DNA of 64,000 nt from Nitrospirales bacterium. Lineage in GTDB: Bacteria; Nitrospirota; Nitrospiria; Nitrospirales; UBA8639. A program made the translations under genes and the position numbers. Shown one piece after another: positions 31,298-41,670 of the stretch (positions are counted from its first letter, which is position 1; every line of letters starts with the position of its first letter). Below the pieces are notes generated by a model, which saw only the letters and a list, made by a program, of their open reading frames with translations, had not been told where the DNA came from and ran no database searches. The stretch is from NCBI GenBank assembly GCA_963422365.1, contig OY729426.1, forward strand, positions 832,001-896,000, in the 5' to 3' direction.

Positions 31298-32704
31298 TCA
31301 GGTGGCAGACAGGAGGGGAAGGGCAATCGTCAAACAGGACCCCCGGCCGAAGGTGCTGGTGACCTCAATGGTGCCGTGGTGTGCTTCGGCAATCCATTGA
31401 CAGATGGATAGGCCAAGGCCGGTGCCTTTTTGAGCATGCGCCCGTGCGGCATCGGTTCGATAAAATCGGTCGAAAATGAGACGTTGTTCCTCCGGCGTCA
31501 TACCGATGCCATTATCTTGGACCATAATCTGAGCCATCCCGTGGCGTTGCGTTACACTGAGTTGCACGGTTCCCTGTGGTGATGAATATTTGACAGCGTT
31601 GTCGACCACATTCAGGATCAGTTCTCGAAGCCGCCATTCGTCCCCCAACACTTGGAGCGGTTCGACTTGCCCGAGGGTCGTTTCGACCTGCTGATCTTGT
31701 CCGAGCACCATGGCTTGCAGTTGAATTTCTTGCACCAACGTATCGAGTTGCACGGGATCCGAAGCGACTTTCACCTCCCCGAGGTCGGCTCGTGAGAGAA
31801 AGAAGAGCTCTTCCACGATGCGACTCATCCGATCAATTTCTTCCAGATTGCTTTCCAGGGCTTCTCGGTAGACTTCAGGGGAACGAGGTTTTCGGAGAGC
31901 CAATTCGGTTTCACCCTTCGTGATCGTCAAGGGGGTGCGCAATTCATGCGAGGCATCGGCACTGAATTGACGGATTTGTCGAATCGAGGCTTCAAGTCTG
32001 GCGATCATGTCGTTAAACGTGGAAGCTAAGCGACCTATTTCGTCTTTCGAGGTCGTCACAATACGCTGGGTGAGATCGCCTCCGGTAATCCGTTGAGCAG
32101 CAAGGGTCATGGTATCGACGGGTCGCAAGGCTCGGCTGGCCAAAAACCAGCCGCCTAACATGCTCACTGCCACGGCCAACGGAGAGCCGATGAGCAAGAC
32201 GAACACCAATCGAGCCAGCATTTCTTCCATGGGTCGCAGGGAAAGACCGACTCGCAAAATGTTCACGAGGGTCTCCCCGTGTCGAACGGGATACGAGAGG
32301 AGTCGAATAGGGATTTCATTGTGGAACCTGACGGTTTCGAATATGGCGTGGCCTTGAAGGGTCGATTGGAGGGCGGCTTGACTGAGAGGAATATCCCGCG
32401 TTTTGATATTGGCGGACTGGAGAGTGATCTGACCTTGTGGGCCGAAAATTTGGAAGAACTTGTCAATGAGGGCCAACTCAGGAAAAGCCTGCGTCAGGTC
32501 GTCCAGTAACAGGAATGGGCCAAAGCGGTGTTCTTCGAGGGACAGGGTTGCGGCGATAGCCGCTTCCTCAAGCGAATGGTCGATGTGATCCTGCAACGCG
32601 CGTGCCATGACGACGTAGAGCGCGCTTGCGAACAGGATCATGAGCAAGGCCAAGCCTCCACCATACCAGATAGTCAACCGGATGCGGATGGAGGTGTTAG
32701 GCAT
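31298..32704 (-). CDS. Sensor histidine kinase (HAMP, CusS/CzcS-like)
   Basis: FSADASHELRTPL, NVVDNAVKY, GTGLGL. Confidence 0.93.
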   Translation of the reverse strand: MPNTSIRIRLTIWYGGGLALLMILFASALYVVMARALQDHIDHSLEEAAIAATLSLEEHRFGPFLLLDDLTQAFPELALIDKFFQIFGPQGQITLQSANIKTRDIPLSQAALQSTLQGHAIFETVRFHNEIPIRLLSYPVRHGETLVNILRVGLSLRPMEEMLARLVFVLLIGSPLAVAVSMLGGWFLASRALRPVDTMTLAAQRITGGDLTQRIVTTSKDEIGRLASTFNDMIARLEASIRQIRQFSADASHELRTPLTITKGETELALRKPRSPEVYREALESNLEEIDRMSRIVEELFFLSRADLGEVKVASDPVQLDTLVQEIQLQAMVLGQDQQVETTLGQVEPLQVLGDEWRLRELILNVVDNAVKYSSPQGTVQLSVTQRHGMAQIMVQDNGIGMTPEEQRLIFDRFYRTDAARAHAQKGTGLGLSICQWIAEAHHGTIEVTSTFGRGSCLTIALPLLSAT

Positions 32705-33374
32705 CGGTCAACTTCAGGGTGTATCCACTGCCTCGGACGGTGTGGATGAGTCCGCGGTCATGGCCCCGATCGATTTTATTCCGGAGATAACTGATGTACA
32801 CGTCGATGACATTCGTGAAGGTATCAAAATCAAGATCCCACACGTGCTCGGCAATCATCGGGCGCGTGAGGACGCGTCCCGTATTCCGCATCATGTATTC
32901 CAGCAACGCATATTCCTTGGAGGTCAGGTCGATCCGTTGCCCACCGCGTGTCACTTCGTGGCTGATGGGGTTCAATATTAAATCGTCGATTTGCAAAAGA
33001 CCCGCCGTGTCCCCACTGGCTCGACGCAACAAGGCCCTTACCCTGGCGATCAATTCTTCAATGGCAAAGGGTTTGGTGAGATAGTCGTCCGCGCCGGTAT
33101 TCAGCCCGTTCACGCGTTGGTCCACTTTCGAACGAGCGGTCAAAATCAGAATCGGTGTGGTAACCTTGGCGTCTCGTACGGCTTTCAACACTTCAATGCC
33201 TGGAAGGCCGGGAAGCAGGAGATCAAGAATGATCAGATCATAGTCGACTTCCGAGGCTAGGTCTCGACCCTGAAGGCCATCGGAACACACGTCCACCGCA
33301 TAACTTTCTTCTTCCAATGCGCGGCGAATGAACGAGGCGACTTTGGGTTCGTCTTCGACAATCAGTATGCGCAC
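32697..33374 (-). CDS. OmpR-family response regulator (CusR/CzcR-like)
   Basis: RILIVEDE, GADDYLTKPF, HTVRGSGY. Confidence 0.93.
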   Translation of the reverse strand: MRILIVEDEPKVASFIRRALEEESYAVDVCSDGLQGRDLASEVDYDLIILDLLLPGLPGIEVLKAVRDAKVTTPILILTARSKVDQRVNGLNTGADDYLTKPFAIEELIARVRALLRRASGDTAGLLQIDDLILNPISHEVTRGGQRIDLTSKEYALLEYMMRNTGRVLTRPMIAEHVWDLDFDTFTNVIDVYISYLRNKIDRGHDRGLIHTVRGSGYTLKLTDA

Positions 33375-33686
33375 AGTGAAATGATTATATCATGGATGAA
33401 ACAGCATGGGGTGCTCAAGAGGGTAGGGGCATCCTGCCTGTAGCCGGCAGGGACCGGCCTCATGCCGTTTTCAACGGTCATCTGGATGTCTCTGAAATTT
33501 TGTGGCGGCGGCATCTCATGTCGCCTTCCGAAGATTGGGGAAATCAGGAATCGGTGGTGGAGTGTTGCGAAACGAGGAGCACCCAATCAGCCCATCCGAT
33601 TTTTCTCTCCCCTGGAGGGAGAGGACCAAGGTGAGGGCCCCGTTTTCAGTTGCCGGTTTACCTCTTGCATCTGTAGGGGCACGATC

Positions 33687-34082
33687 TCATGGCGCCTTCT
33701 GAGCTTTCAAGCGGAACCCATATTGCCGGCTTGTCAGCGCGACCATTTTTCCGGTCGTTGTGTCATAGTAGGCTGCTTGCCACGTGGGTTGTCCTTGGTC
33801 ATCAAGAGTGGTTGCGGCACAACGGACGACTTTATCGAGTGCTCTTTTTTCGGCAAGCCGGAGTGCGTACCATTGAGGCCCAACGTGGACCCACAGTAAA
33901 TTCGATATGCTAGGTGGATGAGTCGTACCGTGGATTCCCTTGTCAGCGGAATTCGCCAACTGGGTTTCCGCCGTTTTCGGGTCGCAAGCCGGAGACCCTG
34001 ACTGGAAGACCCAAAGGGCCACGAGAAGAAAGCTCACGGCAACGAGGCTGATGGGCAGAATTCGGTGAGACCCTTTGACCAC
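33687..34082 (-). CDS. Hypothetical membrane-anchored protein
   Basis: N-terminal hydrophobic segment; no recognised domain. Confidence 0.45.
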   Translation of the reverse strand: MVKGSHRILPISLVAVSFLLVALWVFQSGSPACDPKTAETQLANSADKGIHGTTHPPSISNLLWVHVGPQWYALRLAEKRALDKVVRCAATTLDDQGQPTWQAAYYDTTTGKMVALTSRQYGFRLKAQKAP

Positions 34083-34537
34083 ATTCTAAGGTTAGAGAGA
34101 TATGTCCATGAAAACAAGGTGCTCGTTTTTGAAAGAGTGAGCTTTGTTCCTTTGCTATGCTCAGGGCGAGCATCTTCGGCTCACAGCACGACAAAGGGCG
34201 GTTCAGCCTGACAGTCATCCTCAACATCTGCTTTTTAGGTGTTCCTTGGTTTGAGCGCAGCGCCTGCCCTGAGCAACGTGAAGGGAAAAATCTCGTCTTT
34301 GCTGAATGAAAGGCCTCTTTTCAGGTAGGGGATCCGTTTTTGAGATCCTGCGCTCTTCTCATGCCGAGAAACAATCCTTGGATCTGTCGCGGCGCTGTCT
34401 CATGGCGTCTTCGGAGCAACATCAAACGGGTCAACCCAATGATCCAGTTCGGATGTCTGTTGCCGACAAGTGACTTGATAGCATAACTCTTTACACAATA
34501 GAATTTGTACTCAACCCTTGAAAAAGGAGAAGAGTAG

Positions 34538-34800
34538 GCTCGCATCAATGTCATGATTGAGGAAGAAATTTTACAAGAGGTCAATCACGCCGCAGCGGAA
34601 GAAAAGCTGAGTCGCAGTGCGTTACTTTGAGAAGGCGGCACGTTGGTACCTAGAGACACAGAGGTTGGAAAAAGAAGCCGTTGAACGCAAGCAACGGATG
34701 TAAAAAGCCGCTGTGAATATGGACGGACTGGCAAACAAAATTCGGCAAATGGGGTGGAGTCGGAACCATCCGCCGGGTTCGTGACCAGCGAACAGGAACG
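34538..34800 (+). pseudogene. Decayed ribbon-helix-helix (CopG/VapB-like) antitoxin
   Basis: ARINVMIEEEILQEVNHAAAEEKLSRSALL* after an AAGGAG RBS; start codon damaged, early stop. Confidence 0.7.
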
Positions 34801-34805
34801 AAACG

Positions 34806-35264
34806 ATGATTGCCGCGTATCATGCCGGCTACGTCGTCGATGCCTCTGTCGGAGTGAAATGGGTTGTTCGGAAACGGGAAGCCGATCGTGAAGCCACCTT
34901 GTTTTTGAGACAACATTATATAAAAGAAGAACGCGATTGATGGTGCGGAACGATTTCTGTTGGAAGTGCCCAACGCCATCAAACCCAGCGGAAAGGTCAC
35001 GAAAAAAGTATTGGCCTGCTCACGACACTGGCCGACCTGGAGATGCAGGTGGAACGACATACTTACGCCGTGCTGCGGAAGGCCAATGCCGTTGCGTGGG
35101 CCTACAACCTCACGTGGTACGACGCCGTCTACGTGGCCCTGGCCCCGAGATTGTAGGATTCCCCTGTGTCAGGGGCAGATGAAGCACTGCTCCGAAAAAT
35201 GAAAGGTCACAGCATCGTGCTCAGGATCAAGGAATTGGCGTTTCAATACCATGTCTTATCTTAA
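34806..35264 (+). pseudogene. Decayed PIN-domain (VapC-like) toxin
   Basis: YVVDASVGVKW, LLEVPNA, LTWYDAVYVALA and ADEAL spread over several frames. Confidence 0.8.
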
Positions 35265-37494
35265 GATGCCTTCAACGCAATCAAAACGCTACCTAGCGCA
35301 TGTTCGTCAAAAGGATGGCGTTTCTTTTGAGGAGCATGATCTGGAAAAACATTTGCGTGAAGTTGCCAGGGGTGCTGAAAAATTCTCCGAAAATTTTGGA
35401 AGCTCGGATTGGGGATTTCTTGCAGGGTTGTGGCATGACCTGGGGAAATATAGCGTGGAATTTCAGCGTTACATCAAGTCCGTGTCTGGTTACGACGCCG
35501 AAGCACATCTTGAAGGGCCAGTTGGTCGAGTTGACCACTCGACGGCTGGGGCACAGTACGCAGTAGACCAATTCGGGCTACATGGTCGGATATTAGCGTA
35601 TCTCATTGCCGGCCATCACACCGGACTGCCAGATTGGCACACAAGTGAAACCGCAGGCACGGCGTTAAAAGTACGCTTGGACGATAGCAGTCATTTGAAA
35701 CGTACCCTCAGCCAGGCAATTCCTCCCGAGATTCTTTCTCAACCGAAACCGACCAGCGCCCTGCTCGGCAAGGCTGGGGGCTTCGCCTTGTGGGTACGCA
35801 TGTTGTTTTCGTGTCTGGTGGATGCGGATTTTCTCGATACCGAAGCATTTATGGACATGGACAAGGCGGCGCAGCGGATCAATACTCCGACGCCCACGGA
35901 CTTGCTGCCGCGTTTCAATACCTACATGGAAGAGCAATTTTCACACGCTCCACCTACGCGCGTGAATCATATCAGAGCCAGAGTGCTCCAGCAGTGCCGG
36001 AATAAGGCCCATGAAGCGCCGGGGATGTTTTCGTTGACCGTTCCTACTGGCGGCGGCAAAACACTGTCAAGTCTTGCCTTTGCTCTGGAACATGCGGCTA
36101 TCCATGGAAAGCGGCGGATTATTTATGCCATTCCCTATGCCAGCATTATTGAGCAAACCGCAAACGTTTTCCGGGACATATTCCCCGATTCGGTGATCGA
36201 ACACCACAGCAACCTCGACCCCGATAAGGAAACAGCAAAAAGTCGTTTGGCAACAGAAAATTGGGATGCACCCGTGATCGTGACCACCAACGTCCAGTTC
36301 TTCGAGTCGCTATTTGCCGCCAAGACGAGTCGTTGCCGCAAATTGCACAACATCGTGGATAGTGTTGTTATATTGGATGAAGCCCAGCTATTGCCGCCCG
36401 AGTTTCTGCAACCGATTCTCGATGTGATGAATCTGCTGGTCCGTCACTACGGCGTGACCTTCGTATTATCGACGGCCACCCAACCGGCGCTGGGCACATT
36501 AAAAACTTTTCAGCAGACAATTCGTGGTCTTGACCATATGCGCGAAATCATTGACGACCCAGATACATTGTATCGTGACCTGGAGCGCATTGCCGTTTCC
36601 ATTCCGGACGACTTCCGGCAACCGCAGAATTGGGACGAAATCACGCGGCAAATCTTGCAGCATTCGTCTGTCCTCACGGTGGTCAACTCCCGCGCTGACG
36701 CGCGTGAACTGCACCAACATATGCCTGAGGGGACCATACACTTGTCGGCCCTTATGTGTGGAGAGCACCGCTCGCGTGTCATTATCGATATCAAACAGCG
36801 ATTGCGTGCTGGTGAAGCTGTACGCGTAGTGAGTACGCAGTTGGTAGAGGCAGGGGTTGATGTGGATTTTCCCGTGGTGTACCGCGCACTCGCGGGGCTG
36901 GATTCGATCGCGCAAGCCGCCGGCCGCTGTAACCGTGAGGGCAAGCTGGAACGCGGTGAAGTGATTGTGTTTGTCCCGCCTAAACCCGCACCGCCGGGTC
37001 CTCTGCGGCGTGCTGCGGAGACGACCGTCTCGTTGCTGTCAGGGTCTTCCGACCACACACTGATGCCGGACTTGTTCTCTCTCTACTTCAAGCATTTCTA
37101 TAGTAAGCAATCGCTCGACACACATGGCATCACCGACTTACTTACGCCCCAGGGAGGTAACGACGATCCGTTGAAAGTGCAGTTTCGTACCGCGGCCCAG
37201 CGTTTCCGGCTCATTGACGAGTCGGGCTATCGCAGCATCCTGGTACGGTATGGCGACAGTCCGGGATTGCTTGGCCGTTTGCAGAAAAAAGGGCCGGAGC
37301 GCTGGCTGATGCGTAAACTCCAGCGCTACACCGTATCCCTGCCGGAATATCAATTCCAAAAATTGCTGGCCAGCGGCGACGTATCTGAAATCTATTCCGG
37401 CATATTTGCGCAGACTGCGGACGTGCTGTATCACCTACAGCTTGGGATATTGTTGGACGACGTCAACCCCGATCCGAGCGATTTGATTAGTTAG
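35251..37494 (+). CDS. cas3: Cas3 HD nuclease-helicase, type I-C
   Basis: HDLGK, LVDADFLDT, PTGGGKT, DEAQ, QAAGRCNREG. Confidence 0.97.
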   Translation: MSYLKMPSTQSKRYLAHVRQKDGVSFEEHDLEKHLREVARGAEKFSENFGSSDWGFLAGLWHDLGKYSVEFQRYIKSVSGYDAEAHLEGPVGRVDHSTAGAQYAVDQFGLHGRILAYLIAGHHTGLPDWHTSETAGTALKVRLDDSSHLKRTLSQAIPPEILSQPKPTSALLGKAGGFALWVRMLFSCLVDADFLDTEAFMDMDKAAQRINTPTPTDLLPRFNTYMEEQFSHAPPTRVNHIRARVLQQCRNKAHEAPGMFSLTVPTGGGKTLSSLAFALEHAAIHGKRRIIYAIPYASIIEQTANVFRDIFPDSVIEHHSNLDPDKETAKSRLATENWDAPVIVTTNVQFFESLFAAKTSRCRKLHNIVDSVVILDEAQLLPPEFLQPILDVMNLLVRHYGVTFVLSTATQPALGTLKTFQQTIRGLDHMREIIDDPDTLYRDLERIAVSIPDDFRQPQNWDEITRQILQHSSVLTVVNSRADARELHQHMPEGTIHLSALMCGEHRSRVIIDIKQRLRAGEAVRVVSTQLVEAGVDVDFPVVYRALAGLDSIAQAAGRCNREGKLERGEVIVFVPPKPAPPGPLRRAAETTVSLLSGSSDHTLMPDLFSLYFKHFYSKQSLDTHGITDLLTPQGGNDDPLKVQFRTAAQRFRLIDESGYRSILVRYGDSPGLLGRLQKKGPERWLMRKLQRYTVSLPEYQFQKLLASGDVSEIYSGIFAQTADVLYHLQLGILLDDVNPDPSDLIS

Positions 37495-37504
37495 GCTTGA
37501 AGAC

Positions 37505-37533
37505 TTGACATGAGCTAAGTGTGATTCTATATT
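37505..37533 (+). promoter_or_regulatory. sigma70 promoter for cas5-cas8c-cas7
   Basis: TTGACA (37505-10), 17-nt spacer, TATATT (37528-33). Confidence 0.8.
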
Positions 37534-37548
37534 AATTTTCATTGTCTT

Positions 37549-37626
37549 ATAGCACTATTTCAGTGAGGATTGAAACCATTGTCTTATAGCACCTGACCTC
37601 CACTCAGTCCTTGGATGAGTGGAGGT
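37549..37626 (+). ncRNA. Predicted crRNA-like regulatory RNA (pseudo-repeat, 16-nt promoter-matching spacer, 3' hairpin)
   Basis: CACT-atttc-AGTG hairpin followed by AGGATTGAAAC (last 11 nt of the array repeat); 37577-92 is identical to 37540-55; 11-bp hairpin 37596-37626. Confidence 0.75.
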
Positions 37627-37642
37627 TAAGTCGGGAGGACCA

Positions 37643-38368
37643 ATGAAAACCTATTGTCTTGAAGTCAGGGGTGACTTCGCCTGCTTCACACGACCTGAAA
37701 TGAAAGTCGAGCGCGTCAGCTATGACGTGATGACACCCTCGGCGGCTCGGGCCATTTTTGAGGCGATTCTCTGGAAACCGGCGATATGCTGGCAGGTGAG
37801 CAGGATCGAGGTGCTCAGCCCCATCAAGTGGATCAATCTGAGACGTAATGAAGTCGGTGGTGTTGCTTCGACGCGCAATATCGAAAGCGCGATGAGGTCC
37901 GGCACGGGGCAACTGGGCATGTATATAGAGGACGAGCGTCAACAGCGTGCTGGGTTGTTGCTGCGCGACGTGAGATACCGTCTCCATGCGTCGTTTGAGT
38001 TGCGCGACCCCAGCGTGCATAAGACGAATTTTCCACATCTAAGCAAACGAACGGTGAATGCTGGCGAGACCGATATGGATAACGAGCCGAATCAGGCAGT
38101 GAAATTCATGACGATGTTCGAGCGCCGTGCAAGTAAAGGGCAGTGCGTGAATCAGCCATATCTGGGCTGCCGGGAGTTTGCGGCGGATTTTTGGCTCGTG
38201 GAGCCGGGAGATTCACCAGCGCAACCGATCTCCGAGACACGCGAGTTGGGCTATATGCTGTATGACCTGGACTATCGTAGCCCCGCCACTCCCCCCCCGC
38301 TCTTTTTTCGAGCCAGCTTGATGAACGGCGTGCTCAACGTTCCGACCTGGGAGGAGGTGCGAGGATGA
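37643..38368 (+). CDS. cas5: Cas5c (Cas5d), crRNA-processing subunit
   Basis: GDFACFTRPEMKVERVSYDVMTPSAAR, QPYLGCREF; GGGAGG RBS before ATG 37643. Confidence 0.96.
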   Translation: MKTYCLEVRGDFACFTRPEMKVERVSYDVMTPSAARAIFEAILWKPAICWQVSRIEVLSPIKWINLRRNEVGGVASTRNIESAMRSGTGQLGMYIEDERQQRAGLLLRDVRYRLHASFELRDPSVHKTNFPHLSKRTVNAGETDMDNEPNQAVKFMTMFERRASKGQCVNQPYLGCREFAADFWLVEPGDSPAQPISETRELGYMLYDLDYRSPATPPPLFFRASLMNGVLNVPTWEEVRG

Positions 38369-40101
38369 TTTTGCAAGCGCTCTACGATTACTACGAACGC
38401 AAAAGCGCTGACCCGGAAGCTGGTTTGGCTCAGCCGGGTTTTGAGTGGAAAGAGATTCCTTTCATCGTCGAAATCGACACGCACGGAAACCCGATACAGA
38501 TTGAAGACACGCGTGAGGGAGAAGGTAAGAGAAAACGGGCGAAGGCGTTTCGGGTTCCGCAAGGTGTGAAGAAAACTTCCGGTGTGGTCGCCAATCTGCT
38601 CTGGGATAATGCGGCCTACGTCTTGGGTGTAGCAAAGGGGAAACCGAAGCGAGTTGAAGAACAACGTCAAGCATTCATCGCTAAAATCGAGGCACTGCCA
38701 ACCCCGGCGCGGAATGACGCGGGCGTGCAAGCCGTGTTGCACTTCCTCCAACAGGCAAATACTGAATTGCTGTCACAATGGACTGAGTGGCAAGAGATTG
38801 TTGAGACGGTTCCGAACCTTACGTTCCGCTTACAGGGCGATATAGACCTTGTGTGCCAGCGGCAGGCAACGGTAGAAGCCATCAGGATGGAACAGGACAC
38901 AACGAGTACGAGCGGCCTGTGTCTTGTGACAGGCGAGACTGACGAAATCGAGCGTTTGCATACAGCAATCAAGGGCGTGTGGGGTGCGCAAACGTCGGGA
39001 GCCAACATCGTCTCATTCAATCTTGACGCCTTTAATTCCTACGGCAAAACACAGGGCGCAAACGCACCTGTCAGCAAACACGCCGCGTTTAGCTACACCA
39101 CCACCCTCAACCACCTGCTCCGCAAAGATTCGCCGCAACGTCTGCAAGTTGGAGGTGCCAGCGTCGTGTTCTGGGCGGATAGGCCAACGAATTGGGAAAC
39201 CCTGCCCGTCGATATTTTCGGGGAGCCGACCAAAGATGATCCCGACCGTAATGTCCGGGCCGTGAGGAGTCTCTACACGGCTCTCACGAATGGCGTATTT
39301 GAAACCGAAGAAGGCCAAGCAAGATTCTTCGCCCTCGGACTTGCTCCCAACGCAGCGCGGATTGCCGTCCGTTTCTGGCAGCACGGTACGGTGGCGGAAA
39401 TGGCCGGACGGATAAAGCAGCACTTTGACGATCTGACTATTGAACGCTCACCACGTGACCCGCCCTATCTTTCGTTGTTTCGTCTGCTGGTGTCTGTGGC
39501 GACACAAGGCAAGGCGGATAATATCCCGCCGAATCTCGGGGGTGAATTGATGCGCAGCCTTCTCGCTGGCCTTCCCTATCCACAGACCTTGCTTGCGGCT
39601 GCTGTGCGCCGTATTCGTGCCGAGCACGAAGTGACGTATGCTCGTGCTGCTTTGGTCAAAGCCTGCATCAATCGTGCGACACGGTATGCAACCACCAATA
39701 TTGAGGAGGAGCTAACAATGTCTCTGGATGAAGCCAATATAAACGTCGGCTATCGCTTGGGCCGATTGTTCGCAGTCCTGGAGAAAATCCAGGAAGAAGC
39801 GCATCCCGGCATCAATGCCACCATACGGGACCGGTTTTATGGAGCGGCGTCGAGTACGCCGGTCACGGTGTTTTCGACCTTGCTGAAGCTGAAAAACCAC
39901 CATCTCTCTAAATTAGAGAATCGTGGCCGGGCGGTGAATATGGAGAAGCGTATTGGCAATATCATGGAAGGGCTGAGTGATTTTCCTGCCCAATTACGGA
40001 TAGAAGACCAGGGGCGTTTTGCTATTGGCTACTACCACCAACGGCAAGATTTTTTCAAAACAACTGATTCAAACTCATCTGATGTAAAAGAAGGAGCATA
40101 A
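38365..40101 (+). CDS. cas8c: Cas8c (Csd1)
   Basis: [46 protein letters not shown]. Confidence 0.96.
   Translation: MILQALYDYYERKSADPEAGLAQPGFEWKEIPFIVEIDTHGNPIQIEDTREGEGKRKRAKAFRVPQGVKKTSGVVANLLWDNAAYVLGVAKGKPKRVEEQRQAFIAKIEALPTPARNDAGVQAVLHFLQQANTELLSQWTEWQEIVETVPNLTFRLQGDIDLVCQRQATVEAIRMEQDTTSTSGLCLVTGETDEIERLHTAIKGVWGAQTSGANIVSFNLDAFNSYGKTQGANAPVSKHAAFSYTTTLNHLLRKDSPQRLQVGGASVVFWADRPTNWETLPVDIFGEPTKDDPDRNVRAVRSLYTALTNGVFETEEGQARFFALGLAPNAARIAVRFWQHGTVAEMAGRIKQHFDDLTIERSPRDPPYLSLFRLLVSVATQGKADNIPPNLGGELMRSLLAGLPYPQTLLAAAVRRIRAEHEVTYARAALVKACINRATRYATTNIEEELTMSLDEANINVGYRLGRLFAVLEKIQEEAHPGINATIRDRFYGAASSTPVTVFSTLLKLKNHHLSKLENRGRAVNMEKRIGNIMEGLSDFPAQLRIEDQGRFAIGYYHQRQDFFKTTDSNSSDVKEGA
39718..40101 (+). 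CDS. cas11: Cas11c small subunit from an internal in-frame start in cas8c
   Basis: GAGGAGGAG RBS then ATG (MSLDEAN...) at the position known for I-C Cas11. Confidence 0.75.
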   Translation: MSLDEANINVGYRLGRLFAVLEKIQEEAHPGINATIRDRFYGAASSTPVTVFSTLLKLKNHHLSKLENRGRAVNMEKRIGNIMEGLSDFPAQLRIEDQGRFAIGYYHQRQDFFKTTDSNSSDVKEGA

Positions 40102-40103
40102 CT

Positions 40104-40988
40104 ATGGGCATTGAGAATCGGTACGATTTTGTCCTGTTATTCGACGTGAAGGACGGCAACCCCAACGGTGATCCTGACGCGGGCAATCTCCCGCGCGTCG
40201 ATGCCGAGACCGGGCGCGGTCTGGTGACTGATGTGAGCTTGAAACGCAAGGTCCGCAACTACGTTGGGATAGTGAAAGCGGAACAGCCGCCGTTTGAAAT
40301 CTACGTCAAGGAAAAGGCGATCCTCAACAAACAGCACGAACGCGCGTATGAGGCTATCGGGTCCAGTGACGCACTGAAAGGTGACGACAAAAAGCGGAAA
40401 GGCGGTGACAAGGTAGGCGAGGCACGGGCCTGGATGTGCAAAAACTTCTACGATGTGCGGACTTTTGGCGCGGTCATGTCCACAGGTGTCAATTGCGGTC
40501 AAGTCCGTGGTCCCGTTCAACTCACGTTCGCACGTTCGGTTGATCCTATTGTTGCCCAGGAACATTCGATTACTCGGATGGCGGTGGCAACAGAAGCGGA
40601 AGCTACTAAACAAGAGGGGGATAATCGTACGATGGGCCGTAAGCATACCGTGCCGTATGGTCTGTACATGGCGCGCGGCTTTGTGTCGTCACACCTGGCA
40701 ACGCAAACCGGCTTCTCCGACGACGACCTCGCACTCTTGTGGGAAGCGCTCAGCAACATGTTTGAACATGATCGTTCAGCCGCCCGCGGAGAAATGGCGA
40801 CCCGAGGCTTATATGTGTTCAAACATGACTCGCAACTGGGCAACGCGCATGCGCATGACCTTTTTATGCGTATTCAACCCAAGTTGAAAGAAGACGTCAT
40901 CGTGCCGCGTGATTTTGACCATTATCGCGTTTCGGCCGATACCACGGATTTTCCCAAAGGCGTGGAGTTGATCCAAATAGTGACGTGA
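40104..40988 (+). CDS. cas7: Cas7 (Csd2)
   Basis: [34 protein letters not shown]. Confidence 0.96.
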   Translation: MGIENRYDFVLLFDVKDGNPNGDPDAGNLPRVDAETGRGLVTDVSLKRKVRNYVGIVKAEQPPFEIYVKEKAILNKQHERAYEAIGSSDALKGDDKKRKGGDKVGEARAWMCKNFYDVRTFGAVMSTGVNCGQVRGPVQLTFARSVDPIVAQEHSITRMAVATEAEATKQEGDNRTMGRKHTVPYGLYMARGFVSSHLATQTGFSDDDLALLWEALSNMFEHDRSAARGEMATRGLYVFKHDSQLGNAHAHDLFMRIQPKLKEDVIVPRDFDHYRVSADTTDFPKGVELIQIVT

Positions 40989-40992
40989 GCGT

Positions 40993-41661
40993 ATGGATTT
41001 CTCTGATAGTGCTCCGCTTTCTGGTAGAGTGAGTTTTGAAACGGAGGAGAGCAACCTTATCATGATCTCCGCCCTGGAACATTGGAGTTATTGTCCGCGG
41101 CAATGTGCGCTGATTCATGTCGAGCAAATATTTGATGAAAATCTGTACACGCTCCGTGGGCGAGCAGTTCACAAGCAGGTAGATGAGATTGAGTCAGTGG
41201 TTGAGCGTGGTGTCCGGGTCGAGCGCGCTTTGCCCCTTTGGAATCGAAGGCTTGGTTTGATAGGGAAAGCCGACGTTGTAGAATTTTACGGTGGGACGCC
41301 GTACCCTGTGGAATACAAGCACGGTTCTCGCCGCCAGCGTGAACACGATGACCTCCAACTCTGTGCGCAAGCGATGTGTTTAGAAGAAATGACAGGGCAA
41401 GCCGTGCCACGGGGCGTGATTTTTCACCACAAGTCTCGCCGCCGCAGGGAAGTTATCTTTACTCCAACCTTGAGACAGCAGGTCGAAGAGGCCATTGCAG
41501 CCATTCGGACGCTGTTGGCTGAAACAAGGCTCCCACCACCGGTCAATGATCAGCGATGTGAAAAGTGTTCGCTCAATGAATCATGTATGCCCCAGGTGAT
41601 TGAAGAGCGGAAGCATGAAAAACAGCTCCTTGCCGATCTGTTCCAGGTGGTAACCCCCTAG
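40993..41661 (+). CDS. cas4: Cas4
   Basis: YCPRQ, GKADVVE, PVEYK, QLCAQ, CxxCSLxxxC. Confidence 0.95.
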   Translation: MDFSDSAPLSGRVSFETEESNLIMISALEHWSYCPRQCALIHVEQIFDENLYTLRGRAVHKQVDEIESVVERGVRVERALPLWNRRLGLIGKADVVEFYGGTPYPVEYKHGSRRQREHDDLQLCAQAMCLEEMTGQAVPRGVIFHHKSRRRREVIFTPTLRQQVEEAIAAIRTLLAETRLPPPVNDQRCEKCSLNESCMPQVIEERKHEKQLLADLFQVVTP

Positions 41662-41670
41662 AGTAGGTTT

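Noticed and set aside
33400..34330. Possible ncRNA or IS element upstream of the cas locus
   Set aside because: Only scattered decayed REP-like palindromes (GTAGGGGC..., GCCTGCCCTGAGC...); no transposase or clear RNA family
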